Made by a program: the position numbers and the translations under genes | In this document: positions 20,953 to 34,270 of the stretch, one piece after another | How positions within the stretch are numbered: the stretch's first letter is position 1 | Layout of the letters: each line of letters starts with the position of its first letter | The notes under the pieces: generated by a model | The model's database searches: none | Seen by the model: the letters and a program-made list of their open reading frames with translations, nothing else | Told to the model about the DNA's origin: nothing | Origin: Octopus bimaculoides | Taxonomy: Eukaryota | DNA: 57,100 nt | Direction: 5' to 3' | Assembly: GCF_001194135.2 (NCBI RefSeq) | Contig: NC_068992.1 | Location: 35,908,643 to 35,965,742, forward strand

Positions 20953-21440
20953 AGGAATCATTTTATGGCCAAATGATTCCCTTTGACACAAAAGTCCTTT
21001 TGTTTTGCGTTGGTCAAATGATTCCCTTTGCGCACGTGTGCACGGCCCTAAAAGAGAATCATTTGACCAGCGAGAAGGAAGGATTTTTACAGCGCGTACC
21101 CGACAGAAGCACAGCAACAGTGGAAGCTGTGATAATGGAAAATGTATTGACCGGTACTGTAATTCATACCGACAAATGGGCCAGCTATAGAAATTCACAG
21201 CAGCTTGGTTATATTCACCGAACGGTAAACCATTCGCAGAATTTAGTTGACCTTGAAACCGGCGCTTGCACAAGCCACATTGAGGCCTATTGGTCCCGAA
21301 TCAAAAGACGATTAAAGAATCGAGCGATATGAAATGGTCACGCGTCCACGAATCGATATATTGAGAAATGTATGGATTTACTACGGCTAAGAAAAATTTC
21401 CAGAATTTCTATACACTTCTTAAAAACACATTGTCGAAGT
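20953..21440 (+). mobile_element. Merlin (IS1016/IS1595-like) DNA transposon remnant: TIR cluster plus transposase C-terminal half
   Basis: FLQRVPDRSTATVEAVIMENVLTGTVIHTDKWASYRNSQQLGYIHRTVNHSQNLVDLETGACTSHIEAYWSRIKRRLK matches the ISXO2/Merlin motifs TD...Y, H..VNHS..FV...G..TN.IE..W. GGTCAAATGATTC inverted repeats are present. Confidence 0.85.
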
Positions 21441-21444
21441 GCAA

Positions 21445-22515
21445 CGAAATCCCACTTGATTCGCCTTCCATCAACATGCGCTGTCGCTTGGAGGCAGACT
21501 GTTCATTCTCGCAAGCCTCCGTGCAAAGACGAGGACGTCTGCTATCTCAGTCAATGAGATGCAGTTGCTGACGAAAATGCCACTCCGAGCCAGACCACAG
21601 ATGTCTTACAAAGGACGGCCGATCTTTACAACGCAGCTTACGAACGCTCCGGGATGCAGGTAAATACATTAAAGACCAAGACATCGATCCAACCCGCACC
21701 AAGCCAGAACAGTCCACCCACAAACATTAGCATCAACGGCCAAACCCTGGAAGAAGTTGAACACTTCACACACTTTGGAAGTATCCTTTCGAAGACTCCC
21801 ACGTGTGAAAGGGACGTGGAGAACCGGATCGGGGCGGCCCACTCCACCTTCGGCAGACTCAGCCAACGTGTATTCTTCAATCACGCGCTGACCATCCGGA
21901 CAAAGATTATGGTCTTTAATGCAATTGTCCTGTCAACTCTACTCTATGCTTGTGAGACTTGGACGTTTTCCAGCTATCGAAGCTACGACAGATCCTCAAC
22001 ATACAATGGGAAGATCACGTTGCCAACAACGAGGTTCTTCGCCACGCTTCACTACCAAATGTCGAAGCCACCATTCTACGTCCAGCATATGGAGCCCTCT
22101 CGTTTCCCAAGGATCATGCTCTACAGAGAACTTGCAGTCGGAATAAAACCCAGTGGAGGTCCGAAATTCCGTTTTAAAGACCAACTCAAACGGATCTTGG
22201 CTGAAGCTAACATCCAGCCATCCTCATGGGAACAGATTGCTATGGATAGGACAGCTTGGAGGACTGCTATCCGCAATGGAGCTAGCTTCTTCGAGTAGAA
22301 CAGACAACAGAATGAGGAGGCAAAACGCAGGAAAAGAAGGGAGCGTCTTCAACATCCTCGACCTGCACCGACTATCCCGTGCGAGTTCTGCCCACGACTC
22401 TTTCACCACCAATTTGGACTCCAAAGTCACTTTCGGCACAAACATCAGCCGAGGAGAATGGATGGAAACTAACGAACCCAATGCTCGGATACGAGCTGGA
22501 GCCGACCATTATTGA
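21445..22515 (+). mobile_element. 5'-truncated RTE-clade LINE (RT end, C-terminal C2H2 finger)
   Basis: VNEMQ-ADENA...GMQVNTLKTK...INGQTLEEVEHFTHFGSILS...DVENRIGAAHSTFGRL...TKIMVFNAIVLSTLLYACETWT...PCEFCPRLFHHQFGLQSH; frameshifted. Confidence 0.9.
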
Positions 22516-22604
22516 ACTCTGCTCGTGGATTTGAAAGAGGAAGGACATGTATTCGTGAGTTTTTGTGCAATTTTTAAAGATGATATTGTTGTATCTCAAA
22601 TGTT

Positions 22605-25600
22605 TTTACATTTCTGTGGCCACACCGACTGGGCTCTTGCTGAGCTGAGCGATTAGGTGAGACTTTTCCCCTTTTGGGATGAATTTTCAATTTAAAATTT
22701 CTATCTTTTCAATTTTCGATTTTAAAATTTGTAAAAATGTCCTTGGAGAAGAGTGCCAGCTCTTCCCTTCTTTTTGACTTCTCTTCCCCACTTTGCTGTC
22801 GGAAGACAGCCAGAAAAGTTTGAAAATTAATTGTCTCCACCCATTCCGTGCCTTAGAAGGCAGAGAGAGAGATGAGCAAAGTCTTGCTAGCACGTGCAAC
22901 ACTGAGCAACAGAAAGAAAACGAAGAAAAGAAACGCGAGAAAGACGTGGAAAAGAGCAAGGAAATTCTGGTAATGAACACTGCTAACGTCGCAACACCTG
23001 TGAATCCAGCCCCTTTCCACTACCACCACTAACACTAAGACACTGAACACTCAACAACAACAATAACAACCCAATGCATTAAACAGTTTTGCTTCAACAG
23101 CAAAACCTAGCACTGAATTCATTAAATTTTCTGTAGACTCTCTGAAAGACTACAGAAACATATTAAAAAGGAAAAGAGAAAAAGGGCTAACGGTAAGTAG
23201 TCCTCTCCTTTTTTCTCCTTACCAGTCACTCATATGGTCATACTTAAAATAGTTTGCATAAATGTACGTGGCTTGGGGTCCCCTTTAAAACAAGTAGACA
23301 GGGACCTGGTTACTGGTAATTGAATGCGTTCAAACCGATTCGCAAATACTACAGGGAGAGGATTAGAGAAATAGTTAAGCGGCAGTTGACAGGGACTATC
23401 ATCAACAACCGGTGGTGGATCTCTCTGAAGAGAACGATTGGAGTAGAATCGATAGCATTTAGCAAAGATTTGGCAATAGAAGGAAGAAATAGGTTAGCGG
23501 GAGAACTAGTTAGCAAACCAGAAGAGGCTATTAGTAAAGGGTGCGTTGTCAGAGCTAAAGCCAGTGCGCTAAAATACGAAGGAACTAAAGCTGTCCGATG
23601 GGCCTGAACGGTAGAGACGCGACGTGGATACATAACCACCATCAAGTCTTTGACGGACCAGGACGGATGCGTACTGCTCGGTTCTGAGCAGATGTGTGCA
23701 GCTCTTCAGCAGTACTTTGCACGGCTTTTGGGGGTGGGTGATGGATCGACGACGGTAGCGGACTTAACTTCGTAGCTAGACGGCCTACCACGGCTGTCGG
23801 TAACGGACGCTAGAATTTACGAAAAGCCGATTATAGCCACTGAAATACGAATTGCACAAGTCGCAAATCGCCCTGTTTTGATGGTCTGTCCGACGAATTC
23901 TAATGCAGATTTGTTTAGCAGACGTCTACAGTAACTGGAAGCAGAACGGGAGAATTCCTAGTGCTGTTAGCCAGGGTGTGAGAAGGGATGCCGTCAATTG
24001 AGACGTAATAGGGAATTTTCGGCTCAGAACTCTGTTAAACACATGGTTTAAGATTTTGGCCAAGGTGTTAGCTAAAAGATTGGCGCTTGTCATTGGCACT
24101 CTGGTCGGGGAGGCACAAGCGTGCGCAATCCTGAGCAGATCCATCCATGACAACCTCCACCTTATGCGATGCATCGTAGAAAGGGCTGAGACTAAAGCTG
24201 GCTTTAGTGGGACCTTGATCAATTTAAATCAGTCGAAAGTTTTCGATAGGGTAGACTATTGCTACTTGGAAGCCGTAGTTACAGCGGTCTGTTTCGGACC
24301 TGCTTTCAGAGGCTGGATCGTTGCAATGCATAGCGGCACCTGCTAGGGGGTCAAAGTAAATGGCCACCTATCGGAACCGTTTAGTATCGCACGTTCTGTC
24401 AGTCAGCGCTGCCGGCTGTCACCTCTTCCATATATGTGCTGGCTCTAGAGCCACTGCTGCGGAAGTTGGAACAATTAAGAGGCTTCCCTTTCGAAATTGG
24501 ACTCGGCAGTTCATTGTCTGCATACGCGGCTCCATTGTAAGAGGATATGAATCGGTAGCGGGGGCCAAAATCAATGCCGACAAGTCGGTGGGATTGCGAC
24601 TGGGTACCTGCGAGAGGCAGATCGATGCCGTCGGCCGCTGGACTGATGGACCAAATAAACTGCTTGGGGTTTGGTTTGTTTTGGTTTGGTCTCGACTTCC
24701 AGGTGGATAAGTATTGGGAAGTGGTGGCGAACAGGGTGGTCTGTCTTACCAGGAAATTAGCAGGCAGGAAGTTATATCTGAAATGTCAGGCAGAGGTGGC
24801 TAATGCCCACATCGCCTCTGTCGTTATTTATCATCTGACCGTCCTACCTTGCCCTAGTTACTACTTGAATAGATTGGGGTTTATCCTCTTTATTTTCTTG
24901 TGGAAGCGACGTGTTCCAATGGTCAGGCGGTCGGTCTGCTGCCAACTCCTTCATGGCTTTTGGTGCGCAAACACACACTCAGGTTGCGCCACCTGCAACA
25001 ATTTCTTGAAGGTGAACGTGTGTAAGCTCCGTTTGTGAGACACGCCTTTCCGCGGCTCGTCTCCTTGACGGAGCAACGGTCCTGGTTAAAAGCTAAGCCG
25101 AGACTGAGTGCTTGACACTTAGAATGTCGTCAGGCGCTCACTGTCCTCTACAAGTCGGACAACAGGATCGGTGGATGTTCCACTTTAGCTATATACAGAG
25201 GATTAGTTGCGGAGAAGTGTGACGATGTCCTCGGTGTAACCCTAGGTGTCAATGAAGACGAACTAATAAGTCTATTCCGGAGGACTTTCCGGTCGGAGAA
25301 TATTATGCATAATTTCCAGATGTCTTTGGCCTGGCAGTGCTACCGGTTCGAGATAAACTCTACAGACACGGATGTGCTGTCGGACGGGCTTGTCGGAGGT
25401 GCTCGCAGACCGATGAAACCGTTCTGCATGCACTCGTTCAGTGTCCAGGTATTGCTGACTTGTGGAGTTATGTCGAACAGCTGCTGTCGCGTGTGAGACA
25501 GATCCGTCTGTCAGCCGAGTCCAAAATTATTGCCCCTCTAATCGGACTGGCAAGGCATGTTTCATGATTGTGGTGAAAGAGGTTGTCTGGTGGACGATGC

Positions 25601-26062
25601 TGAATGGAATGAGGACAGAAACATTCCACTCTGGTAAAGCTCTCATCGACTCTTTCAAGTGTCTCTTGAAAAGGGAATTGAGGGTAGAGAGGGAGGTGCT
25701 GTCCTCGAGTGAATTTATGAAAAGGTGGGTAAAAGTTGCAAATACAGCAAGAGTGAATGGTACGACTCTCAGTATAGACCAGTGAGCCGGGAGAAAGGAA
25801 TTGTAGTGGGCACTCCTCCTATATATCCAGGCTGATCTTGGATGGTAGTGTTCCTCGATTGTCCCTACAGGTCCTCCTGTATTAGAGGTACCCCATCACT
25901 GTCACTTTTTCTCCTCTTCTTCTAGTGTTGTATACTATGTATACTTCCCTTCTTCTAATGTATACCGTGTATACTTTTTATTCCATTATATGTAAACCCC
26001 AACCCTTTATGTCTGTCTTTGTATTGCCCCTCATCCCTCACTCTGGCGGCAAATGAAAGAAA

Positions 26063-26065
<3 letters not shown>
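22605..26065 (+). mobile_element. Tx1/L1-clade LINE, internally deleted and decayed, both ends apparently present
   Basis: APE start VILKIVCINVRGLGSP (23247). RT KILAKVLAKRLALVIGTLVGEAQACAILSRSIHDNLHLMR...LINLNQSKVFDRVD; GAKINADKSVGLRLG. C-terminal C..C...ETVLHALVQCP. A-rich 3' end before (ATT)n. Confidence 0.9.
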
Positions 26066-26066
<1 letters not shown>

Positions 26067-26145
<79 letters not shown>

Positions 26146-26152
26146 ATTATTA
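26067..26152. repeat. (ATT)n(GTT)n microsatellite
   Basis: Direct inspection. Confidence 0.95.
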
Positions 26153-26885
26153 ATTTAGTAATAAGGTTTCTTTTCCCTTCGCGTTTCTAAACACACATAC
26201 ACACAAAATAACTACGAATATTGCAATCAATGCTCCGAAAAAAAATTTTTATGAAAACATTTCACTAACAGAAAAACCTACAACAAATTTATGTTGCCTT
26301 TAATTATACAGCAAAATATTAATAGTGAACGAAAAAAAAATCTTTGACAACTAGTAAGAATACCATGAGTGGAAATGTCGGACATAACATCATAGAAGGA
26401 TGATGATAACTGACTAGACATTTTTCATTATCCAAGAACTCGTCCTTCAAAACAGATTAACTTTAATATTATTATGAGATTATTGTCGACAATTACCTCA
26501 AAACCTTTGGCAGTGTTCAACACTAAGTGAGGTTCTCAGGGAAGAAATCAGAGTTGTTTAAATACTTCCTCTTTTCTGAAGTGTATGATCTAAAACTTTC
26601 TCACCTTTCGTAGAATATATTGTCTGTTTGGATTTATTTGTGTTTATTTACTTATTTATTTATTTATTTATTTATTGTACATTGAACTGCCGTACGTAGA
26701 TCAGATTGGAATTATATTACATTAACGACTTTGTTGGTAAATTCTAGCGCTTAAATTATTAAATTATTATTTCTTACTGTGGTAGATGACATTTGTAATA
26801 GGAAGTAGATCCAATGCAACGTCTTGGATTGTAACTACTAATGATCTTTGCAGGGATTCTGTAGATTCCATCGATCACAACATAC

Positions 26886-26946
<61 letters not shown>

Positions 26947-27020
26947 CGCGCTCTTATATATGGTTCTCTCATTAACCGAATATATANNNNNNNNNNNNNN
27001 NNNNNNNNNNNNNNNNNNNA

Positions 27021-27697
27021 TGTAGTGAATCTTGCAGGCATGAAGTGGATTCGATCCGCCATAGCCAAATTTAAATTAACTTTACGGTAGAACAATGGTT
27101 TTTCTCTGATAGCAGTTTTCCATTTTCCAGATGCCTAAGCTAGACCGAAATAATGTCTTCACCACTTGACCTTTCTAACCTCTTCTATTTCACCAAAATC
27201 TAGAATTAAGATAACAAGACCACCAGCTAAATCTAATGATATGTCTATCCTTCTGGATAGTTATAAAAGCAAGAACCCCAAGCAAGTTAGTTACTTGGTG
27301 ACAACTCAGTTAGTCAGCTCGTGACAATCAGTTAGTTAATGAATGACAACTCGAGTCAGAGGCAGCTACCATCAGTTAGGGAGTGGAACGCTAGAATCAT
27401 GATCACAAGCAAGGCAGCTACTAAAGACAGTGGTCAAATGGGGAAATGAAATTTACTGTCAGCAGCTATGAGACCCAACTTACCACACTCTTCTTTCACT
27501 AACTCACTTTGTCTTCTCTGCACATTACCATATCTCTCTATGGTTTGCTACTACACTAAGAACATACTTCTACAATAAGAACACACAAGCCGAAATTAAC
27601 TTTTTTACTTAGCACGCTCTAGGATCTTATCACCTGCCCGTCGAGGCAAGGTGTATTCAATGTAACGGTAAATAAATATTTTCTTCACAACTTCAAT
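27021..27697 (+). mobile_element. Possible solo LTR
   Basis: Begins TG(tagtg), ends (ttcttca)CA, internal TATAAAA at about 27262 and AATAAA at about 27671. TSD not checkable because of the gap. Confidence 0.3.
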
Positions 27698-27721
27698 CAC
27701 TGTTCTTTCATNNNNNNNNNN

Positions 27722-27776
<55 letters not shown>

Positions 27777-27837
27777 GTATATATATGCTTACAAGGTGAG
27801 CAAAAGTGTGTGTACGCCGCTACATGTATATATAAAT

Positions 27838-28062
27838 CCCCAAAATGGAACAAGAGTGCAACAGACGACAATAAAACATCCGGACAGATAGATGATACAA
27901 AGACGGACAGAAAAAAAAAAACAAGAAGATAGGAAAAAACAAGGATGGGTCATTCATGACCTTCTGTCTCCAGTCAAGTTCCAAGATAATCCTCACAGTT
28001 TCGGCCGGTTACACTTGAGACTGTTCAAATTTGGCTGGCCTCAAAACTCTAACCTAAGAACA
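27838..28062 (+). repeat. Unclassified interspersed repeat family F
   Basis: Homologous to 41395-41610 in reverse orientation (caaaatggaacaag...gtcattc...cagtcaagttcca...tttcggccggttacacttgaga). Confidence 0.6.
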
Positions 28063-28291
28063 TTAAATTTTAAATTTTACGTATGTATGTATTTAAGCGT
28101 CAAGACTTTTTTGGGTTTCTAAATATGTGGTTGTGTGCCACTAATAGATTGTATTTGGAGAATCCGCGTTAGTTTCTTTTGTTCTTTCTCCGTGAAACTG
28201 AGTATTTCTAGGCTTCTGTGCAAATTTGTTAGTATGTAACCTTAATGCACCTATTACAAATGAGGATTCATAGTCAGAGTACAAGAACTGT

Positions 28292-28540
<249 letters not shown>

Positions 28541-30418
28541 TTGAAGAATTCCCGGGCGAGTCGATACATGACTCGCTTAGGAAAAAACACTTGCCGATCC
28601 AGTGTTTTATATATCTTTCTTTTGACCTTAAAATTGCGACGACCTCTTTTTACGGATTTCATTTGTGTTTACAATAACCATGAGGTCATGCTTGACATTG
28701 TAGGGAATTTCTTTTAGGCAAAAGACTGAATCCAAATCGATTTTTTTTTCCATAATATAGTGATGAAACTCGAGCACATCAGCTTACGTTTAAACTATCC
28801 AAACTTTAACCTCTGTAATAAACTTGAGATGTATTTTGTGTGTAGCTAAAGAGACACTATGATGAAATAGCTGATTGTTTCTACGATTTCCTGCTTGTCA
28901 GTTATCACTTTACTGTACTTTATAGATTCATAAGATATAGTTAATGGATCTTTATCGGTTTCAACGATGACAATTCTATTAGTAGAGTTAATTACACTGC
29001 TGACTTAATGCAAATGACTAGATATTGTATGGACACCTGAACGATTGTAAATCTCATAAAGAATTAATGCAACAATGCGTGACTAGGTTGGTTCTTTGAA
29101 TTACATATACAGTCCATTCGTTGGGTATTCACTGTTTCCCTCTATCCATTAGAGACTGTTGTTCAAAGCTTAGTGCCCAAAATGTCACTCATGACCGCAT
29201 GACTGCGAAGCGAACTTCTTAATCCTTCAGCCATATCTTCTACAATATAAATACACATCAGTGAATACATACGTGTGTGCGAAAATGTGTGTTTGGGAGG
29301 GGTGCCAGCCAGGCTTCTTTACCCGTCTGTTAAGAAATACGTATATCATTCGGCAAGCATTTAATAAATTATAGGTTTTTAAGTAGATTATTTGAAAGCA
29401 AATTGCTCTAACTCAGAAAAGCAAGGGTCGACAATTTATTTCCTCTTTATGATAGCAATTTTATGAGCATTCATTTTGGTTACTAGGTCAAGGCAAACAA
29501 CCTACACACTATCACATTCCATCATATCAGATGCGAGATGAAATCACATGCAGATGTCCAGCTGTTTGAAAAAAATACTAACCGAAATTTGTTTGGTAGT
29601 CTGTTTCTGGATTGATCAACTGCTTACCATATATCACAATGGTGGTAATATATGAAATATATTGACGTCACTTTATCTGACTTTCCAAAACTAAAAATAT
29701 CATTATCATTAACGTCCTCGTCGCTGTCGTCATCATCGCTGTCGCAATTATCGCAGTCGTCATCATCCCCTTTCACGACACCCTCCTAGAAACAACAAAA
29801 CAAAAATCTAATAAACAACTGTAACAGGAATAACAAATCAGCAATCTGTACAGACAAATAAAATGTGACTAGCTGAAATGAAACAGAAAAGAACTGCCGG
29901 AAAAAGCTTATTTATATTGGTAGAGCAAATAGCACAACCATTAATGGTAAACAGATTTGTTAAGTATGTCGAACTACGACATTTCTTTCTTTCTTTCTTT
30001 ATTTATTTATTTATTTTTTATTTTGGCGGAAGTTTGTAAAGGGAGTTGAGGTCATCAACTGAAAATAGAAAGTCAGTGATGTGAAGGTGAAAGCTCAGAT
30101 GATTACGTAGCAAGCAGATATCTGGGCGGGAAAAAATTCCATTCATAAATTCCACTCCTTACACACATTTGGTTACAAATTCTGTGCTGCTGGCAAAATA
30201 TAATCTGAAGACAGACGCACATCGACATACACATATTCTATATGTGTGTATGCATGCATGTATGTATGTATGTGTGTATGTATGAATGAATGTATGTATG
30301 CTTGTATGGATGGATGAATGCATGCAAGCATATGCATGTATACACGTATTTTTATATGTATATGTGTGTATGCATGTATGTAAATATGTGTGTGTATATG
30401 TACGTATGTAAGTATATG

Positions 30419-30480
<62 letters not shown>

Positions 30481-31109
30481 NNNNNNNNNNNNNNNNNNNN
30501 NNNNNNNNNNNNNNNNNNNNNNNNNNNNNNNNNNNNNNNNNNNNNNNNNNNNNNNNNNNNNNNNNNNNNNNNNNNNNNNNNNNNNNNNNNNNNNNNNNNN
30601 NNNNNNNNNNNNNNNNNNNNNNNNNNNNNNNNNNNNNNNNNNNNNNNNNNNNNNNNNNNNNNNNNNNNNNNNNNNNNNNNNNNNNNNNNNNNNNNNNNNN
30701 NNNNNNNNNNNNNNNNNNNNNNNNNNNNNNNNNNNNNNNNNNNNNNNNNNNNNNNNNNNNNNNNNNNNNNNNNNNNNNNNNNNNNNNNNNNNNNNNNNNN
30801 NNNNNNNNNNNNNNNNNNNNNNNNNNNNNNNNNNNNNNNNNNNNNNNNNNNNNNNNNNNNNNNNNNNNNNNNNNNNNNNNNNNNNNNNNNNNNNNNNNNN
30901 NNNNNNNNNNNNNNNNNNNNNNNNNNNNNNNNNNNNNNNNNNNNNNNNNNNNNNNNNNNNNNNNCCCAGATTCGTTATTTAGATCGACATTCCACTCTTG
31001 TACCTGTATACCACTGTCTGTTATTCATGCAAGGATAGGTTAGACTGTCAGAAACATGAGTCTCATAATATTTTTTTTTAAAAAAAAGCTTTTTTGTAGT
31101 GTGCTAAAA

Positions 31110-33501
31110 AAAATTTTTTTGTTTTTTCTTGTTTGTAGATCTTTATTAAGAAATATTTCTCATGGTCCCAGTGGACAAAATGCAAAATGCGTTGTCCCGG
31201 AAGTTAGCGAGGGTGATGCTCTGGAACAGCCACACTGACTCACAGGGATCGCACATGCTGACAGCCATCTCCGCTCCGATAGTAGTGAGCAGGAATATGG
31301 TCGTGTGTGTGTGTGTGTGAGGAGGAGTCAGGAACACCGAAGATGTCCACACCCACAGGCTCGACCTGTCAGAGAGCGACCGTTACCTCAACAGTTTGCT
31401 TTCTCAACCAGAGGAGCAGCGGAGCCTGGCCTTGTAGCTGACCAGCATGTGGTATTCTAGATGAGGGTCCTGATGCTACAGAACGGGAACATTGTTATAC
31501 TGTCTGGCCTTTTACCGCTGGCTCGAGCTGGGAAGGGACGCCTGTGGGGTCTACTCCGTGATTTATGGTATTATTAAGTGCGGCATGGTGCGGAAAGCGG
31601 CCAGCACTGTGACGGCCTGACAGTGGGGGGAGACCGAAAGAATCCACAGTGGATCCACAGCGGCATTCATGAGGCTGACGTGGCCAAACTGCATGAAAAC
31701 GCCGATGCGCAGGCAGTTGCTATCAAGCTGAGTGCTAGTTGCGAGTGATGGTTACTGCATTGAGCTAAGCTCTGTTGTGTGGCTCAGAGGCTGAGCGGAA
31801 ACATGCCTGACGGTGCTGGTCAAGTCGGCGTACTAACTTGTCTGTGGTCGTGCTACAGTGGATGGCGTCCCATTTCTTTTAAGAAAACCAGACGTCCACA
31901 GAGGGAGAGGATGATAGGCGTCAGCAGGGGGCAGGCCGAGCTGGCTCTGAGTCGCGTAGGCCGCCTCGCGTTCCCCCATCACGGTTGGTTCAGTTGTGTG
32001 GACACAGCAGGCGGTCACCGACGAGAGAAAATCCAGTAGTGCCAGTAAGACCGAAGATCGAAGGTCGAGACGGTCATTTTTGATGAGTAAGGTGGCCTGT
32101 TGCCATCCATTGTCCTCAAACCGACCGTTGCATATCTCTTCGGCGGCCCGTTGGATACAGGCGTCGAGATCCATGAGAAGAGATAGTTACATGACTGTAG
32201 TAAGGAACACTGCAGAGGGTATGCAATAGCTTTGCAGTGGCGAAGCAATACCTTAACAGGAACAGTGCTGGGTGGGTGTCAATTACATGTTGTCTGTCCA
32301 TCACTCTTTTCAGCTGGAGAAGCTTAGACCTGAGTGTGGAACGAATGGCAGGCGAGAGGATCGGTGAACCGAAGATAAGGACGTCCTCTTTCGAGGTCAC
32401 CTGTACCTGGTGAAGTAGTGAACGTACGTCCGAGACAGAGGCCGCAAAGCCATATGCGTCGTAATTGACGTTAACGACTTGGACGGGAGTTAGAGTGAGA
32501 ACCACTGATTGGTGATCGTCACAGACACTCTCTACTGGCCCATCTATCGTTGCATCGTCCGGGTACCAGACGTTGAAAGGAACCGTGATGCTCCGAGCAA
32601 TGCTGACCACCTCGCGAGCGAATAGGAGAGGGCCCAATGGATCGCCCTTTTGAACGCCAATCAAAGATGGAATGACCTTATCTGCGCGGGGGTGGGCGTG
32701 CTCGTGGCCCCATACGACAGATAAGCCAGTGTGTAGGAAAACAGAGTGAGGCTGAGGCAAGCCTGGAACAAGTGGTTACGGCGCTCACAGTTGAAAGCGT
32801 TTTTCATATCAAGCTTGACAATGTGACGCTTGAAGTCGCTCGGTGTCGGCTCAGGAGGACAGTCACTGAAAAACTGTCTAGCGACATGAGCAGCTCCCTC
32901 GCACCCGAGGAGTAGAGGTTTCGGACATGAGAGTGAGCGGAGTGCAGCATGTTCGGACACACTAGATATAGGCGCCTGCCCGAAAGACATGATGTTAGTC
33001 CTGACTTGGGTCGTTGTCGACAGGCTGCCTCGATTGGCGGCAGTTTTGGAGAGACCGATAACTAACACTACAAAATAAAATTGTCGATCCAAATCACTAA
33101 GTCAACTAGATTCTAGAGCTTTCTCAATCGAGGATGCAAGGGTATCAGCCACTAGCATCCGGGCCGTTTTCAGGATCTTAAGAAATTATCTCACGAAGTC
33201 TTCCGAACCGAGCGAAGTTGACCAATTAAGATTGGGCGTCAAGCAGGCATTCCGTCTCAATTGAGTGTAGCTGAGAGGGAGGGGTACCTGCTGCACCTCC
33301 ACATTGAGAGCGCATTCGAGGCCCGTCGTGTCAGGCCGACTCGACGATGGAAACAGGGAGATGATGGAAACAACCACATCCTGAACAGTTCCTTCCGTTG
33401 TCCTGCCTTTTGGTAGTGGCGCATGAAGACGCAGGTAGTTTCCAGTAGGGATGGAAAGAAGGACACAGTCGGACACTGGAGCACAGCTCAACAACGAAGG
33501 C
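31110..33501 (-). mobile_element. CRE-clade non-LTR retrotransposon (RT, CCHC, restriction-like endonuclease), decayed, 5' end in gap
   Basis: LGCEGAAHVARQF...VKLDMKNAFN; GVQKGDPLGPLLF; NVWYPDDATI; WQQATL...LRS; CRCGSTVDSFG..H/..S..HSAGRFPHHAALN; GKRPDSITMFPF...LI*NTTC. AATAAA plus A-rich tail at 31147-31110. Confidence 0.85.
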
Positions 33502-33705
33502 NNNNNNNNNNNNNNNNNNNNNNNNNNNNNNNNNNNNNNNNNNNNNNNNNNNNNNNNNNNNNNNNNNNNNNNNNNNNNNNNNNNNNNNNNNNNNNNNNNN
33601 NNNNNNNNNNNNNNNNNNNNNNNNNNNNNNNNNNNNNNNNNNNNNNNNNNNNNNNNNNNNNNNNNNNNNNNNNNNNNNNNNNNNNNNNNNNNNNNNNNNN
33701 NNNNN

Positions 33706-33749
<44 letters not shown>

Positions 33750-33809
33750 AGTATGTGTGTGTCAGTATGTGTGTGTGTGAGTGCGTGTGTGTCTGTTCAT
33801 TTTCTGAGT

Positions 33810-34270
33810 TAAGTGGATAAGCGGTGACGACTGTAAATAATAATGATAATAATTATAAGCTTAAAGCTTATAAGCAATCACTGTGTATTGTCTAAGGAAA
33901 ATAGTCTAATATTGGAGCATATAAGGCCACGACGGAAAAAAATTGGGATTTTGTACTCATTAAACCCCAGTGTAATCACAATCTGCACACTCTGGAAGGT
34001 ATTTGTAGAAAATTTCATCAAAAAGATGCCCATTTTCGTGTGAATTTTCCTAAACTCCTCTGTCCATCAACGGAAAATATATTTTCACAAATTCCGATAT
34101 CATCGGAATCTACACCAGCTGAAGTGTATTTGTGGAAACTTTCATTTAAAAAAATCCATTTTTCTGAAAGTTATGATGAAAGCAAATCGGTGAAGCAGAT
34201 AAGAGTTGGTATGCTAAACAAAGAAATATTCTTTTAGTCCGGCCATGAACACTTCACTTCGGCCGGTTAC
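33810..34270. repeat. Unclassified probable non-autonomous element
   Basis: AT-rich repeat-like segment between microsatellites, ending in a GC hairpin ccggcc...ggccgg. Classification not supported. Confidence 0.25.

Noticed and set aside
29510-29680. Tiny CR1 RT-like trace (NIDVTLSDFPK) with a TGACGTCA motif
   Set aside because: Too short and degraded to support as a feature, and a single motif is expected by chance.
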